Assembly (NCBI GenBank): GCA_963422265.1
Contig: OY729416.1
Coordinates: forward strand, 128,001 to 192,000
Length of the DNA stretch: 64,000 bases
Direction: 5' to 3'
Source: Thermodesulfobacteriota bacterium
GTDB lineage: Bacteria; Desulfobacterota_D; UBA1144; Nemesobacterales; UBA2774
Shown: positions 10,804 through 20,335 of the stretch, piece after piece
How positions within the stretch are numbered: the stretch's first letter is position 1
Layout: every line of letters begins with the position of its first letter
The notes under the pieces: generated by a model
What the model was told of the DNA's origin: nothing
Database searches by the model: none
What the model saw: only the letters and a program-made list of their open reading frames with translations
Program-made: the position numbers and the translations under genes

Positions 10804-11270
10804 GTAGGGGGTGACCCTTGTGGTTACCCACCACCCTTGCGCCTTAAGTTGACCATACTTTAACAAGTTCAGGATATTGCTAGGGTCGCCCACCTCCCTA
10901 CAGGTAAATAGAAAATCCACCCTGACCCTCCTTTAGAAAAGGAGGGGAGTATCCTTTACTGCCCTCAGAGTTTGCAGAGGGCGTAGCGGAGGAATCTAGT
11001 CTTTCCCCCTCTCCTCCTGGGAGAGGGTGCTTTCGTCATTCTCAACTAGATTGGGAATCCAGAAATGGGGTCGGGGAACGGAACTTTTTCCTCACATACT
11101 CCCCATTTAGAAAAGGGGGATATAGAGGGATTTGACGGGGAGATGGGGAACGTGAACCCTTTTCTTACCCGTCCCTATCCCTTCTGGATTCCTGTCCCTT
11201 CCTCAATCAAGTTGGGGCTTAATACATACAGGGACATGCTTTCACAGAAATGACGGTGGATGAATTCCTT
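10804..11270. repeat. Mosaic of REP-like repeats (right flank of the GLUG-like gene; direct repeat of the left flank)
   Basis: 10804-10957 is nearly identical to 6512-6664, and 11084-11150 to 6661-6726. The extra modules CCCCCTCTCCTCCTGGGAGAGGG and GTCATTCTCAACTAGATTGGGAATCC resemble 61627-61720. Confidence 0.9.
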
Positions 11271-11272
11271 TC

Positions 11273-12148
11273 CTATCTAAGAAGAAAGGCGATAATTAGG
11301 GGTGTTGTCAGTATAGAGATGATTGTTCCCGCCAGTATGATGGAAGCTACAGTCTTAGAGTCCTGCTTGTATTTTTCGGCGAGCACAAAGTTAAATATTG
11401 CAGGTGGCATCGCCGATTGAAGAATAACAACCTTAGCCGCTAGGCCGTCAAGCTTTAATGCCCATGCCACCAGCACCCCCAGCGTTACCCCGATCATCAC
11501 CCTCATCCCACCGGCAAGAAAAGACCTGCCGAGATTAGTCAATTGGACTTCTGACAGCTTATAGCCCAGCGTAAATATCATCGTTGGGATACAGGCTTCT
11601 CCCAGTAGTGATGTGGCTCTTGAGATAGAGGTTGGCACCTGAACTTCATATACGCTAAGAAGCGCTCCCGCCGCGGCAGCATAGATCAGTGGTAGCTTGA
11701 ATATTTCCCAGCGGCTTTTGTCATAATTTAATAGCATGATCCCAACCGTGTAATGCAGCATAGTAATAGAGACCATGTAGAGTATTCCTACACTAAACCC
11801 TTTATCTCCAAAGGCAAATAAGATCAATGGAAGACCCATGTTGCCTGTATTAGCGAATAATATCGGTGGTAGATAGACCTTGATGGGCATCCCTAGCCTT
11901 TTGACTACGGGATAGCCGATAATTGACGATACCCCGACAATCGTAGCGACGGAGACGAATATCTTTCCCGCAAGGCTTATTTCAATCGGGTTTTTGGACA
12001 ATGAGGACAAGATCAGAGCGGGAGTAGCGAGGTAAATTACGAAATCATTTACCGAAGGAAGGTCTATCTTTTTCTTTTTACCAAAGAGAAAACCGAGTGA
12101 CGCTATAAGGAATACGGGTAGAACGATATTGATTGCTTGGCTCGCAAT
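11273..12148 (-). CDS. AEC (auxin efflux carrier) family transporter
   Basis: NTGNMGLP and QSAMPPA motifs with many TM segments. The frame stays open upstream of the track's TTG (12010) through the typical N-terminus NIVLPVFLIASLGF...VIYLATPALI. Start placed at ATT 12148 behind AGGAGG (start uncertain). Confidence 0.85.
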   Translation of the reverse strand: MASQAINIVLPVFLIASLGFLFGKKKKIDLPSVNDFVIYLATPALILSSLSKNPIEISLAGKIFVSVATIVGVSSIIGYPVVKRLGMPIKVYLPPILFANTGNMGLPLILFAFGDKGFSVGILYMVSITMLHYTVGIMLLNYDKSRWEIFKLPLIYAAAAGALLSVYEVQVPTSISRATSLLGEACIPTMIFTLGYKLSEVQLTNLGRSFLAGGMRVMIGVTLGVLVAWALKLDGLAAKVVILQSAMPPAIFNFVLAEKYKQDSKTVASIILAGTIISILTTPLIIAFLLR

Positions 12149-12150
12149 AG

Positions 12151-13005
12151 CTATGAGCCTCCTTCTATCACCCGATTATTAGGCGCTTTATTAGCTCTAT
12201 TGTAATACACCATGGCTTGGGGCATCCATCTCCGCAGATTTTTTGTCCTCGTGCCGTAGCTCGGGTGAGTAGATAAAAATTCAGAGGACCGCCGTTTTCC
12301 CTTTGAAGCGTCGCTCATCCTTTGCCAGAAAGCAAGCGCCTCTCTTGGATCGTAGCCTGCCTTAGCCATGTAAATAAGCCCAATCCTATCTGCTTCCGAC
12401 TCTTGAGACCTGCCGAAGGGCATAATAACCCCTATGTTTGCGCCAAGTCCGTAGGCTTGCATGACGGCTTTATAGGTTTTTGGGTTTTTTCCGCTCATCA
12501 TGGTGCTCACCGCAGTCTCGCCTAGCTGCGCCAGCATTCCAGCCGACATCCTTTCCCCTCCGTGACGTGCTACTACGTGCGCGATTTCGTGAGCCATAAC
12601 TGTAGCTAAGCCCGCATCCGTCTGGGCTATCGGCATAATGCCTGTATAGACCGCCACCTTGCCTCCAGGAAGAGCAAAGGCGTTCATTTGTTTGTCATCT
12701 TGTATAACCTTAAAATCCCAATTATGCACGCGGGCGTTCGCAACATGCGCTATTCTCATCCCGACCCTTTTTACCGCTGCGTTGTATCTCGGATTTCGCG
12801 ACACGTTCGCATTCTTGAGTGCCTGATTGAAAGCGGCGATCCCCATCTGATTTTCCTGATTTTGGCTAAGGATTATGAACTGAGACCTTCCGGTTACAGG
12901 CGCTTTGTAGCATGCGAGAAGCGTAGTGAATAACAAAACCAGCGTGCATAGAGCCACCGCTGGTTTTGTTAGAATATTTCCGATTCGAAGGATTGGTTTT
13001 AGTAT
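12151..13005 (-). CDS. M48 family zinc metallopeptidase, probable lipoprotein
   Basis: NAFALPGGKVAVYTG, HEIAH, ESEADRIG, STHP, lipobox LLAC. Start is GTG 12957 (track) or ATA 13005 behind AGGAGG. Confidence 0.9.
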   Translation of the reverse strand: MLKPILRIGNILTKPAVALCTLVLLFTTLLACYKAPVTGRSQFIILSQNQENQMGIAAFNQALKNANVSRNPRYNAAVKRVGMRIAHVANARVHNWDFKVIQDDKQMNAFALPGGKVAVYTGIMPIAQTDAGLATVMAHEIAHVVARHGGERMSAGMLAQLGETAVSTMMSGKNPKTYKAVMQAYGLGANIGVIMPFGRSQESEADRIGLIYMAKAGYDPREALAFWQRMSDASKGKRRSSEFLSTHPSYGTRTKNLRRWMPQAMVYYNRANKAPNNRVIEGGS

Positions 13006-13044
13006 GAGCGTCCTCCTGATTGTTATAGCGATTGCAGGGCAGGG

Positions 13045-14229
13045 CTACGCCGACTTTTTCAGGCTCGCCTCTTTCATTCTTCTAATTCCCTCGTCAATGT
13101 CTTCATCAGAGCAGGCGTAAGTTACCCTTACAAATCCTTCGCCCTGGCTTCCGAACGCAGTGCCAGCCACGACGGCGACGCCTGCCGTTTCTACCAATCT
13201 ATCGGTGAACTCTTGTGACGTTAAGCCGGTGTCTCTAATATCCGCAAAAGCGTAAAACGCCCCGTCAGGCGTATCGCAACTAACGCCGGGCACGGTGTTG
13301 AGCCCCGCGACCATTCTGTCTCTTTTTTGCTTTAGAAGGGCGTGTTTTTCGTGAACCCAATCTTGGGGTCCGGTTATGGCTACATAGGCTGCCTTCTGAA
13401 TAAACGCAGCGACATTGGTAATAGAGTCCTGAAGGAATATGGACAGCTTATCTATTACTGGCTTAGCAGCCACTGCAAAGCCTATTCTCCATCCCGTCAT
13501 CGCATAGGTCTTGGAAAACGTATCTATAATAATCGACCTTTCAGCCATACCAGGGATGTTAGATATGGACTTGTGCGGTTTATCATAGGTTACGTGCGAG
13601 AATATCTCATCAGTGATCACCATAAGCTGTGGATGCTTTGAGCAAAGCTCGGCGATCTCTTCGGGGTTTTCAACCAAGTGTCCGTTTGGTCTCTGTGGTG
13701 TGTTGATGATAAGAAGCTTGGTATCAGGGGTTATCATGGTATCAAGCTTGTCGACGTCAAACTGCCAGTCGGGGCTTGTGAGCGGGGTGTGATCAATCCT
13801 CGCCCTTACGTATTTAGCCCATACCTCATCAGGAGGGTATCCGGGGTTTGGGAAGATAACGTGGTCCCCCTCCTCAAGGAATGTCAATAACGACATGGTA
13901 AGTGCGTGTTTAGCCCCAGCGGTAACTATTATTTCTTCGGGCTGCGTAGGTCTGCCTCTACCTGTCATTTCCTCTGCGAGAGCCTCTCTTAGCTCTGGTA
14001 GTCCGGGGCCAGGGTCATATCTGACGTAACCGTCTCTAAGTGCCTGTTCCGTCGCGTCCAATACATGCTGAGGCGTATCAAAGTCCGGACCCTGATAATC
14101 CCCCTTTTCAAAATGTATGATTTTCTGCCCAGTTTTTTTCTCAAGCTCCCGGGCGACCCTCATGCTCGCCCATTGTCTTGGGGGAACAAAATGGCTTATT
14201 TTTGAACTAAATGGGTATGAAACCGCCAT
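13045..14229 (-). CDS. PLP-dependent aminotransferase class I/II
   Basis: GLPELREALA, TAGAKHAL, DEIF, TFSKTYAMTGWRIG (PLP lysine). Confidence 0.92.
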   Translation of the reverse strand: MAVSYPFSSKISHFVPPRQWASMRVARELEKKTGQKIIHFEKGDYQGPDFDTPQHVLDATEQALRDGYVRYDPGPGLPELREALAEEMTGRGRPTQPEEIIVTAGAKHALTMSLLTFLEEGDHVIFPNPGYPPDEVWAKYVRARIDHTPLTSPDWQFDVDKLDTMITPDTKLLIINTPQRPNGHLVENPEEIAELCSKHPQLMVITDEIFSHVTYDKPHKSISNIPGMAERSIIIDTFSKTYAMTGWRIGFAVAAKPVIDKLSIFLQDSITNVAAFIQKAAYVAITGPQDWVHEKHALLKQKRDRMVAGLNTVPGVSCDTPDGAFYAFADIRDTGLTSQEFTDRLVETAGVAVVAGTAFGSQGEGFVRVTYACSDEDIDEGIRRMKEASLKKSA

Positions 14230-14370
14230 TTGCAGTACCTCCTCCTATAAAATTATTATAAAGCCCTACTAATTACAAAACGAGACCCTGAAACAAGCCA
14301 TTCGATGAACTCACATCTAAAACCGTTTTTAGGGTCAACTTCTTTGCCTGCTTTACTAAAAGTGTCTTCT

Positions 14371-14997
14371 TTAACTAACATTCAAAATACCATCAGAAAT
14401 CATTGAGAAAACCTCATCTGCTATTTCTATCGCTGTTTTATCGGCGCGGTAAAAGAACATAACTGATCTTACTAGTCCAAAGATGATAAGCGCGGTGAGT
14501 TGCGTATTCACAGGACGGAAAGAGCCTTCTTTAACTCCTTTTTCCAAAATTTTTTCGTATAGCTTTATCCTTCTCAAGCGCCAATGCTCCGTAAACTCGT
14601 AATGTTCTTTTATAAGATGGGTTTCATCTCTACTTAGAATTTTTAGGGCGTCGAGGTTTTGGCGGTAGAATTGAAAAATTAGCCTAAGGGTTTTTTTTAG
14701 TTTTCCGCAGGCGTCCTCGCTCTTGGCTACTTCCATTTCCAGTATGGACTCTATCTCTTCATACGTTTCTTCGAGTATCCCTAGGTAAAGTTTTTCTTTC
14801 GATTCAAAATATAGGTAAATAGTGCCCTTAGCTACGCCTACTTTGCCCGCTATCTGCTCCATAGTAACTTCGTGATAGCCATTGCTGGCGAACAGATTTG
14901 CAGCGGATTGTATAATGTCTCCTTTGCGTCCTTTTTTTCTAGCCCGCTTTTTAGTCACTCTTATTTCTTTTCTCGCTAATTTTTGGGATTTAGCCAT
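14371..14997 (-). CDS. TetR/AcrR family transcriptional regulator
   Basis: HTH segment AANLFASNGYHEVTMEQIAGKVGVAKGTIYLYFESKEKL. Confidence 0.95.
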   Translation of the reverse strand: MAKSQKLARKEIRVTKKRARKKGRKGDIIQSAANLFASNGYHEVTMEQIAGKVGVAKGTIYLYFESKEKLYLGILEETYEEIESILEMEVAKSEDACGKLKKTLRLIFQFYRQNLDALKILSRDETHLIKEHYEFTEHWRLRRIKLYEKILEKGVKEGSFRPVNTQLTALIIFGLVRSVMFFYRADKTAIEIADEVFSMISDGILNVS

Positions 14998-15018
14998 TCT
15001 TTACCCACTGCTGTATGA

Positions 15019-15068
15019 GACTGACTAGTCAGTCATCACATCATAGTGAAGCTAAAAATTTTTGTCAA
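15019..15068 (-). promoter_or_regulatory. TetR gene promoter with palindromic operator
   Basis: Minus strand TTGACA(15068-15063)-17 bp-TATGAT(15045-15040); perfect 16-bp palindrome GACTGACTAGTCAGTC (15019-15034) at the predicted start site. Confidence 0.75.
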
Positions 15069-15136
15069 GAGCTTTTTTCATGTACTAAAATAAATGTCGC
15101 TATGGAGTTATTACATCAGCACGTTGTTCCTTATTA

Positions 15137-15516
15137 CTATCCACCTCTCTCAGAGGGAGAGGGCAGGGGTGAGGGTTCTTTCGTCCTAGTTAACTTGGAA
15201 GGGGGACCAACTGGGGTAGCAGTGACAACACCGGATGCAACACCTGTAACAACTCCAGCTACGGCTCTAACTCGGAAGCTGTAAGTCGTTCCGTTAGTAA
15301 GCCCCGTTACTATATATGGTCATGTGGTCGGTAGTATCCTTATCACTGTTAGCAATATCTGACCAACTACCGGACTCTGTGCTGCCCGTCCACTGTTTGA
15401 CTTGATACTTAGAGATGTTGGGATTATTCCAACCTAACCTAACCCGCCGTAGCGCTTAACCCAGTTGGCTTCGACACCACAGAATTAGGCTGCGCCTGAT
15501 CGGAGTTACTACCCAT
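15137..15516 (-). pseudogene. Degraded fibronectin type III domain gene remnant
   Basis: Three frame-shifted minus-strand segments read ...KPTGLSATAG* / VRLGWNNPNISKYQVKQWTGSTESGSWSDIANSDKDTTDH / YIVTGLTNGTTYSFRVRAVAGVVTGVASGVVTATP, which matches the FN3 pattern. Confidence 0.8.
15141..15175. repeat. REP-like palindromic repeat
   Basis: CCACCTCTCTCAGAGGGAGAGGGCAGGGGTGAGGG, similar to 61631-61666 CCCCTCTCCTAGAGGGAGAGGGATGCAGGGTGAGGG. Confidence 0.75.
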
Positions 15517-15862
15517 AATTTTTCTCTTGGCAAATGGCTTCCGTGGCTCCAAGTAAATCTGCTTACCACCTTCCGCGGAATTAGTCATCTCTGCGTTTGA
15601 GGGCTTAATCGCCAAAATAACGGCGCCTCGCCTATGGAATTTATCCCATCGAATGGATTCTCATTTGCGAAAGAAAAAGTAGAACTACAACTTATATAAT
15701 ACGGAAACATCATTAAAACAGATGTATCTGTTCCAATAAATCCACTAGCATTTACAAATAGACTAGAAAAGGTATTTTCATTTTAGGTGATCTGGTCAGC
15801 TTTTTATTTGAGAACATCAATGCTTATAGGGACGTAGCTCATACGACAAAGGAATCAAGCGC

Positions 15863-16732
15863 ATGAAGAGTATGACTGGCTTTGGAAAAAGTGAGACTGA
15901 GGCAAAGAACGGTAAAATCGTTATTGAGGCACGCTCGGAAAATCATAGATTTTTAGAGATTAAATTCCATATTCCCGAATCCGCACTTTCATTTGAACAG
16001 CAGCTCTCTGATGTGGTTAAGAAGGTAGTCTTGCGAGGGAAAATAAGGGTATCGGTAAACATCGAGGAAGCTAAAAGCAACTCATATATGCTTAATGAAG
16101 GGCTTGTAAGACAATCTAAGAAGAACCTTGAAAAATTGAAGAAGGAGCTTGGCGTTGATGAGCAAATCCGCCTTGAACATATCTTGAGTATAAAGGATAT
16201 ATTCTTACCTGAAGCTAATCCCGACTTGAGTAAAAAGCAAGCCCTTGAGATTGCAAGAGCCGTAAGTAAAGCGATCCGAAAACTTGATGAGACAAGGAAA
16301 TCAGAGGGAGGGAAGCTTGAGAAAGACCTAAAAGAAAGGGTCAATAGGATTGAGAATATTGTGCAGAAGATAAGAGTGAAGAGAAGCGATTTTATGAAAA
16401 ACGCATCGTCCAAAATAAAGGAAAGGATTCAGAAACTACTTGAGGATTCACAGGTTGACGAATGCAGGCTTTATCAAGAGACGGCTTTTCTTGCCGAGAG
16501 AAGCGATGTTACGGAAGAACTCGTCCGATTAAAAGCGCACCTAGCCAAATTTAGGGAAACTATGGCGCAAAAGGGATCTATTGGTAAGGAACTCGATTTT
16601 CTTCTTCAAGAGATTAATCGAGAAGCGGGCACTATATCTGCAAAGGCTAAAGACGCAGAAATATCTCATCTCGTAATTGATCTTCGCTCCGAGCTTGAGA
16701 AAATAAGAGAACAAGTGCAGAATATTGAATAA
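15863..16732 (+). CDS. YicC/YloC family endoribonuclease
   Basis: MKSMTGFG N-terminus, SENHRFLE, DVTEELVRL, GKELDFLLQEINREAGTISAK, EKIREQVQNIE C-terminus. Confidence 0.95.
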   Translation: MKSMTGFGKSETEAKNGKIVIEARSENHRFLEIKFHIPESALSFEQQLSDVVKKVVLRGKIRVSVNIEEAKSNSYMLNEGLVRQSKKNLEKLKKELGVDEQIRLEHILSIKDIFLPEANPDLSKKQALEIARAVSKAIRKLDETRKSEGGKLEKDLKERVNRIENIVQKIRVKRSDFMKNASSKIKERIQKLLEDSQVDECRLYQETAFLAERSDVTEELVRLKAHLAKFRETMAQKGSIGKELDFLLQEINREAGTISAKAKDAEISHLVIDLRSELEKIREQVQNIE

Positions 16733-16744
16733 GGCGTATTAACA

Positions 16745-16773
16745 TTGAAATAACTACGAGTCTGTGTTATGAT
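16745..16773 (+). promoter_or_regulatory. Sigma70 promoter of sucD
   Basis: TTGAAA(16745-16750)-17 bp-TATGAT(16768-16773) with a TG extended -10. Confidence 0.6.
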
Positions 16774-16839
16774 TCACCTTTTTGATTTACCATTTCAGCA
16801 AATTAATAATAAGCCTTATATGTGAGGAGTCCTGCATTT

Positions 16840-17709
16840 ATGAGCATTCTAGTCAACAAGGAGAGTAAGGTTATAGTTCAGGGTATTACAGGGAGCGCAG
16901 GGTTGTTTCATGCGAGCCAGTGTAGGGATTATGGGACTCAGGTTGTGGGTGGGGTTACCCCAGGTAAGGGAGGGTCTGAGATAGAAGGATTTCCCGTTTT
17001 CGACTCTGTGCAGGAGGCGATAGAGAGAACAGGAGCTACGGTGTCTCTAATCTTTGTTCCTGCCGCTTTTTGTATGGATTCTATAATAGAGGCTACAGAT
17101 TCGGGAGTAGAGTTGGTCATATGTATTACAGAGGGCATACCGACTATAGATATGATAAAGGTAAAGAAATACATGGAAGGCAAGGACGTCCGACTAATAG
17201 GTCCTAATTGCCCCGGGGTAATCACGCCCGGCGAGGCTAAGGTAGGAATCATGCCGGGATACATTCATACGCCGGGAAGGATAGGCATAATATCAAGGAG
17301 CGGGACGCTAACTTATGAAGCAGTTTGGCAGACCTCTGAATTGGGAATAGGGCAATCAACCTGCGTGGGTATAGGTGGAGACCCAATAGTCGGTTCTACT
17401 TTTATTGACGTATTGGGGTTATTTGAGGGAGACGAAGGAACGGATGCCATCATACTTATAGGAGAGATTGGAGGAAGCGCCGAAGAAGAAGCGTCCCGAT
17501 TTATTAAAGAAAGCGTAACTAAACCCGTCGTTGCCTTTATAGCGGGGGCTACGGCACCTAAAGGGAAACGGATGGGTCACGCTGGCGCCATTATTTCTGG
17601 AAGCTCAGGGAGTACTGAAGATAAGGTAGCAGCTCTCCAGGGCGCGGGCGTTACAGTATGTCAAAGTCCCGCTGAGATTGGAGAGACGCTAAAAGGCGTT
17701 ATAAGATAG
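16840..17709 (+). CDS. sucD: Succinyl-CoA synthetase alpha subunit
   Basis: [46 protein letters not shown] 16840 follows GAGGAG. Confidence 0.97.
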   Translation: MSILVNKESKVIVQGITGSAGLFHASQCRDYGTQVVGGVTPGKGGSEIEGFPVFDSVQEAIERTGATVSLIFVPAAFCMDSIIEATDSGVELVICITEGIPTIDMIKVKKYMEGKDVRLIGPNCPGVITPGEAKVGIMPGYIHTPGRIGIISRSGTLTYEAVWQTSELGIGQSTCVGIGGDPIVGSTFIDVLGLFEGDEGTDAIILIGEIGGSAEEEASRFIKESVTKPVVAFIAGATAPKGKRMGHAGAIISGSSGSTEDKVAALQGAGVTVCQSPAEIGETLKGVIR

Positions 17710-17713
17710 GCTA

Positions 17714-18667
17714 TTATAGGTGCAAGTCCAGATTATCTTTTAACCAATAATAATGTTCTCTTAGCCCTTCTTTAATATCAAAGCGAGGCGAATAGGAAAA
17801 GTCCTTACGTGCCTTTGAAACGTCAGCATAAGTGTGCATTGCGTCTCCTCTCTCGGAATTATTGTAATTGACGTCAGTGCTTCTGCCCACGATTTCCTCA
17901 ATAATCCTTATCACCTCTATGAGCTTTATCCTACTCCCTCCCCCTACATTATAAACCTCCCCGTCCCTGCCACTGGAAAAAGCCTGAAGATTGGCGTCAA
18001 CGGCGTCCTGAATATAGGTAAAATCCCTAGTTTGCTCACCAGTTCCATAAATCTCTATTTGCCCACCCGTAATAAAAGACTTAATGAATTTATGAAACGC
18101 CATATCGGGGCGTTGTCTGGGACCATATACAGTGAAATATCTGAGTGAGACGGTTGGAACTCCATAGCCTTTATAATACAATGACGCCAGATGCTCCCCA
18201 GCCAGCTTTGAAACGCCATAAGGGGAGATTGGATTTGTTTGAGAGTTCTCCGCCACTGGAAGCTGCTCAGCGTCTCCATATACTGAAGAAGAGGAGGCGT
18301 ATATAAACTTCTTGAGGTTTTTTGCATTCTTACACGACTCAAGAATTAACTGTGTCCCCATGATATTATTTCTAACGTATTCATTAAATTGTCCTCCCCA
18401 ACTTGTCCTTACGCCGGCAATCGCAGCCTGGTGAAAAACGGCTTCTACCTGATCTATAATCTTTTTCCAATCTAGGGTCAGGATGTCTGCCTCTATAAAC
18501 TGGAATTCAGGTCTCTTTTTTAAGCTCTGAACGTTCTTCTCCTTTATTCTTCTCGGATAGTAATCCAGAAAACAGTCCACGCCTATAACATCGTAGCCTT
18601 CACTAATAAGCCTTTCGGCAAGGTGCGAACCTATAAAGCCCCCAACGCCAGTAACTAGTATCTTCAT
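17714..18667 (-). CDS. NAD-dependent nucleotide-sugar epimerase/dehydratase
   Basis: TGVGGFIGSH, ASSSSVYG, YGVSK, RYFTVYGPRQRPDMAF. Confidence 0.93.
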   Translation of the reverse strand: MKILVTGVGGFIGSHLAERLISEGYDVIGVDCFLDYYPRRIKEKNVQSLKKRPEFQFIEADILTLDWKKIIDQVEAVFHQAAIAGVRTSWGGQFNEYVRNNIMGTQLILESCKNAKNLKKFIYASSSSVYGDAEQLPVAENSQTNPISPYGVSKLAGEHLASLYYKGYGVPTVSLRYFTVYGPRQRPDMAFHKFIKSFITGGQIEIYGTGEQTRDFTYIQDAVDANLQAFSSGRDGEVYNVGGGSRIKLIEVIRIIEEIVGRSTDVNYNNSERGDAMHTYADVSKARKDFSYSPRFDIKEGLREHYYWLKDNLDLHL

Positions 18668-18769
18668 TGTAGAATCAAATGCTCCCTTCCGTTTTGCGTA
18701 AAGTCTGTCTAAAATAACATAAAATTGACAAAAGGCGAGTTTAAGGTGACACTGATAAAATAAACAGAG

Positions 18770-20335
18770 ATGATCCTAAGCCCCTTTGAACTTGAAATAT
18801 TTCATAATGTTTTAAGCTCTATCGCAGAGGAAATGGGCGTAGCGCTCATAAGGGCATCGTTCTCTCCAAACATTAAGGAAAGAAGGGACTTGTCCTGCGC
18901 GATATTCCAATCAAATGGGGATATGATAGCGCAAGCGGCGCACGTGCCGATTCATCTGGGCTCAATGAGCTTCGCCGTAAAGTCAATACTGAGTGATACT
19001 AAGATTAACGAAGGGGATATATTTATTATAAACGACCCTTTCAGAGGCGGCACCCACCTTCCTGACATAACGTGTATAGCACCTGTGACCTTTGACAATA
19101 AATTCGAATTTTTCGTCGCTTCGCGCGCTCACCATGCAGACGTCGGAGGACTGACCCCGGGCTCAATGCCCCTATCAACTTCAATTGAGCAAGAGGGAAT
19201 TCTAATCTCTCCTTCGAAGTTGTATAAAAAGGGCAAACTCAATAAAGCTCTTTTCAAAAGGATACTCAACTCTACAAGAGACCCTGAAGAAAGAGAAGGA
19301 GACTTGAGGGCTCAGGTGGGGGCACTAGACCTAGGGCGAAAGAGGCTGCGAGAAACAGTGGGAAAATACTCGCTCAGTCAGGTTAAAGAAGCAGGTTCCA
19401 CCCTCTTGGACTATAGCGAAAAAATAATGAAGCAGGTGATAAGTGATATACCTGACGGGACGTATAAATTTGAAGATTATATGGATGACGATGGCGCTGG
19501 TGCTACAAGAATTCCTATAAAGCTAGCCTTAACAATTAAAGGCGAGAGAGCAGTGGCGAATTTTAGGGGGAGTTCTAAAATGGTAAAAGGATGTCTAAAT
19601 GCTCCTTACAGCGTTACTACTTCTGCCGTTATTTACGTGTTCCAGTGCCTAGCTCCGCCGGAGCTCCCATTCAACGTAGGACCACTAAGGGTTATAGACG
19701 TTATAGTTGACGAAGACTCTATTTTAAGCGCCAAATACCCGGCTGCAGTCGCGGGGGGCAACGTGGAGACCTCGCAGCGAGTTGTGGACGTGGTCTTCGG
19801 GGCTTTATCAAAGGCAATACCGGAGAAAATCCCAGCAGCTAGCTCTGGCAGTATGAGTAACTTTACTTTTGGCGGGGTAAATCCTAGAACTGGCAAGGCG
19901 TTTGCTTATTATGAAACAATAGCGGGAGGCATGGGAGCAAGGTGCGGTATGGACGGTGTGAGTGCCGTACAGACCCATATGACAAATACTCTTAACACCC
20001 CTATTGAAGCTCTGGAAAGGGAGCTGCCTGTAATGATCAATTCTTATTCTATAAAAAGGGGAAGTGGAGGAAAGGGAGAGTTTAACGGTGGAGATTCAAT
20101 CATAAGAGAATACAAATTTCTCTCGCAAGCTACGGTCTCGATTATAACTGAAAGAAGAAAATTTTCACCTTATGGGGTAAAAGGTGGAGAGGCTGCGAAA
20201 ATGGGAAGAAACTCGCTAATCAAACAACGAAAAACGTCCCTGTTGGATTCCAAGTCTGTCATAACCGTTGACATGGGGGATATAATACGGATTCAAACGC
20301 CGGGGGGAGGTGGATGGGGAAAGAATTCTTTATAG
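18770..20335 (+). CDS. Hydantoinase B / 5-oxoprolinase family protein
   Basis: [54 protein letters not shown]. Confidence 0.93.
   Translation: MILSPFELEIFHNVLSSIAEEMGVALIRASFSPNIKERRDLSCAIFQSNGDMIAQAAHVPIHLGSMSFAVKSILSDTKINEGDIFIINDPFRGGTHLPDITCIAPVTFDNKFEFFVASRAHHADVGGLTPGSMPLSTSIEQEGILISPSKLYKKGKLNKALFKRILNSTRDPEEREGDLRAQVGALDLGRKRLRETVGKYSLSQVKEAGSTLLDYSEKIMKQVISDIPDGTYKFEDYMDDDGAGATRIPIKLALTIKGERAVANFRGSSKMVKGCLNAPYSVTTSAVIYVFQCLAPPELPFNVGPLRVIDVIVDEDSILSAKYPAAVAGGNVETSQRVVDVVFGALSKAIPEKIPAASSGSMSNFTFGGVNPRTGKAFAYYETIAGGMGARCGMDGVSAVQTHMTNTLNTPIEALERELPVMINSYSIKRGSGGKGEFNGGDSIIREYKFLSQATVSIITERRKFSPYGVKGGEAAKMGRNSLIKQRKTSLLDSKSVITVDMGDIIRIQTPGGGGWGKNSL

Noticed and set aside
6512-11150. 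Composite transposon, prophage or integron cassette
   Set aside because: No transposase, integrase, terminal inverted repeats with target duplication, or attC-like structure was recognised; kept only as a repeat-bounded cassette hypothesis.
11065-11253. 62-aa ORF after the GLUG-like gene
   Set aside because: It lies entirely within the palindromic repeat mosaic and has no SD or protein-like features.
15015-15284. 89-aa plus-strand ORF
   Set aside because: It spans the TetR promoter, a REP-like unit and the antisense strand of the FN3 relic.
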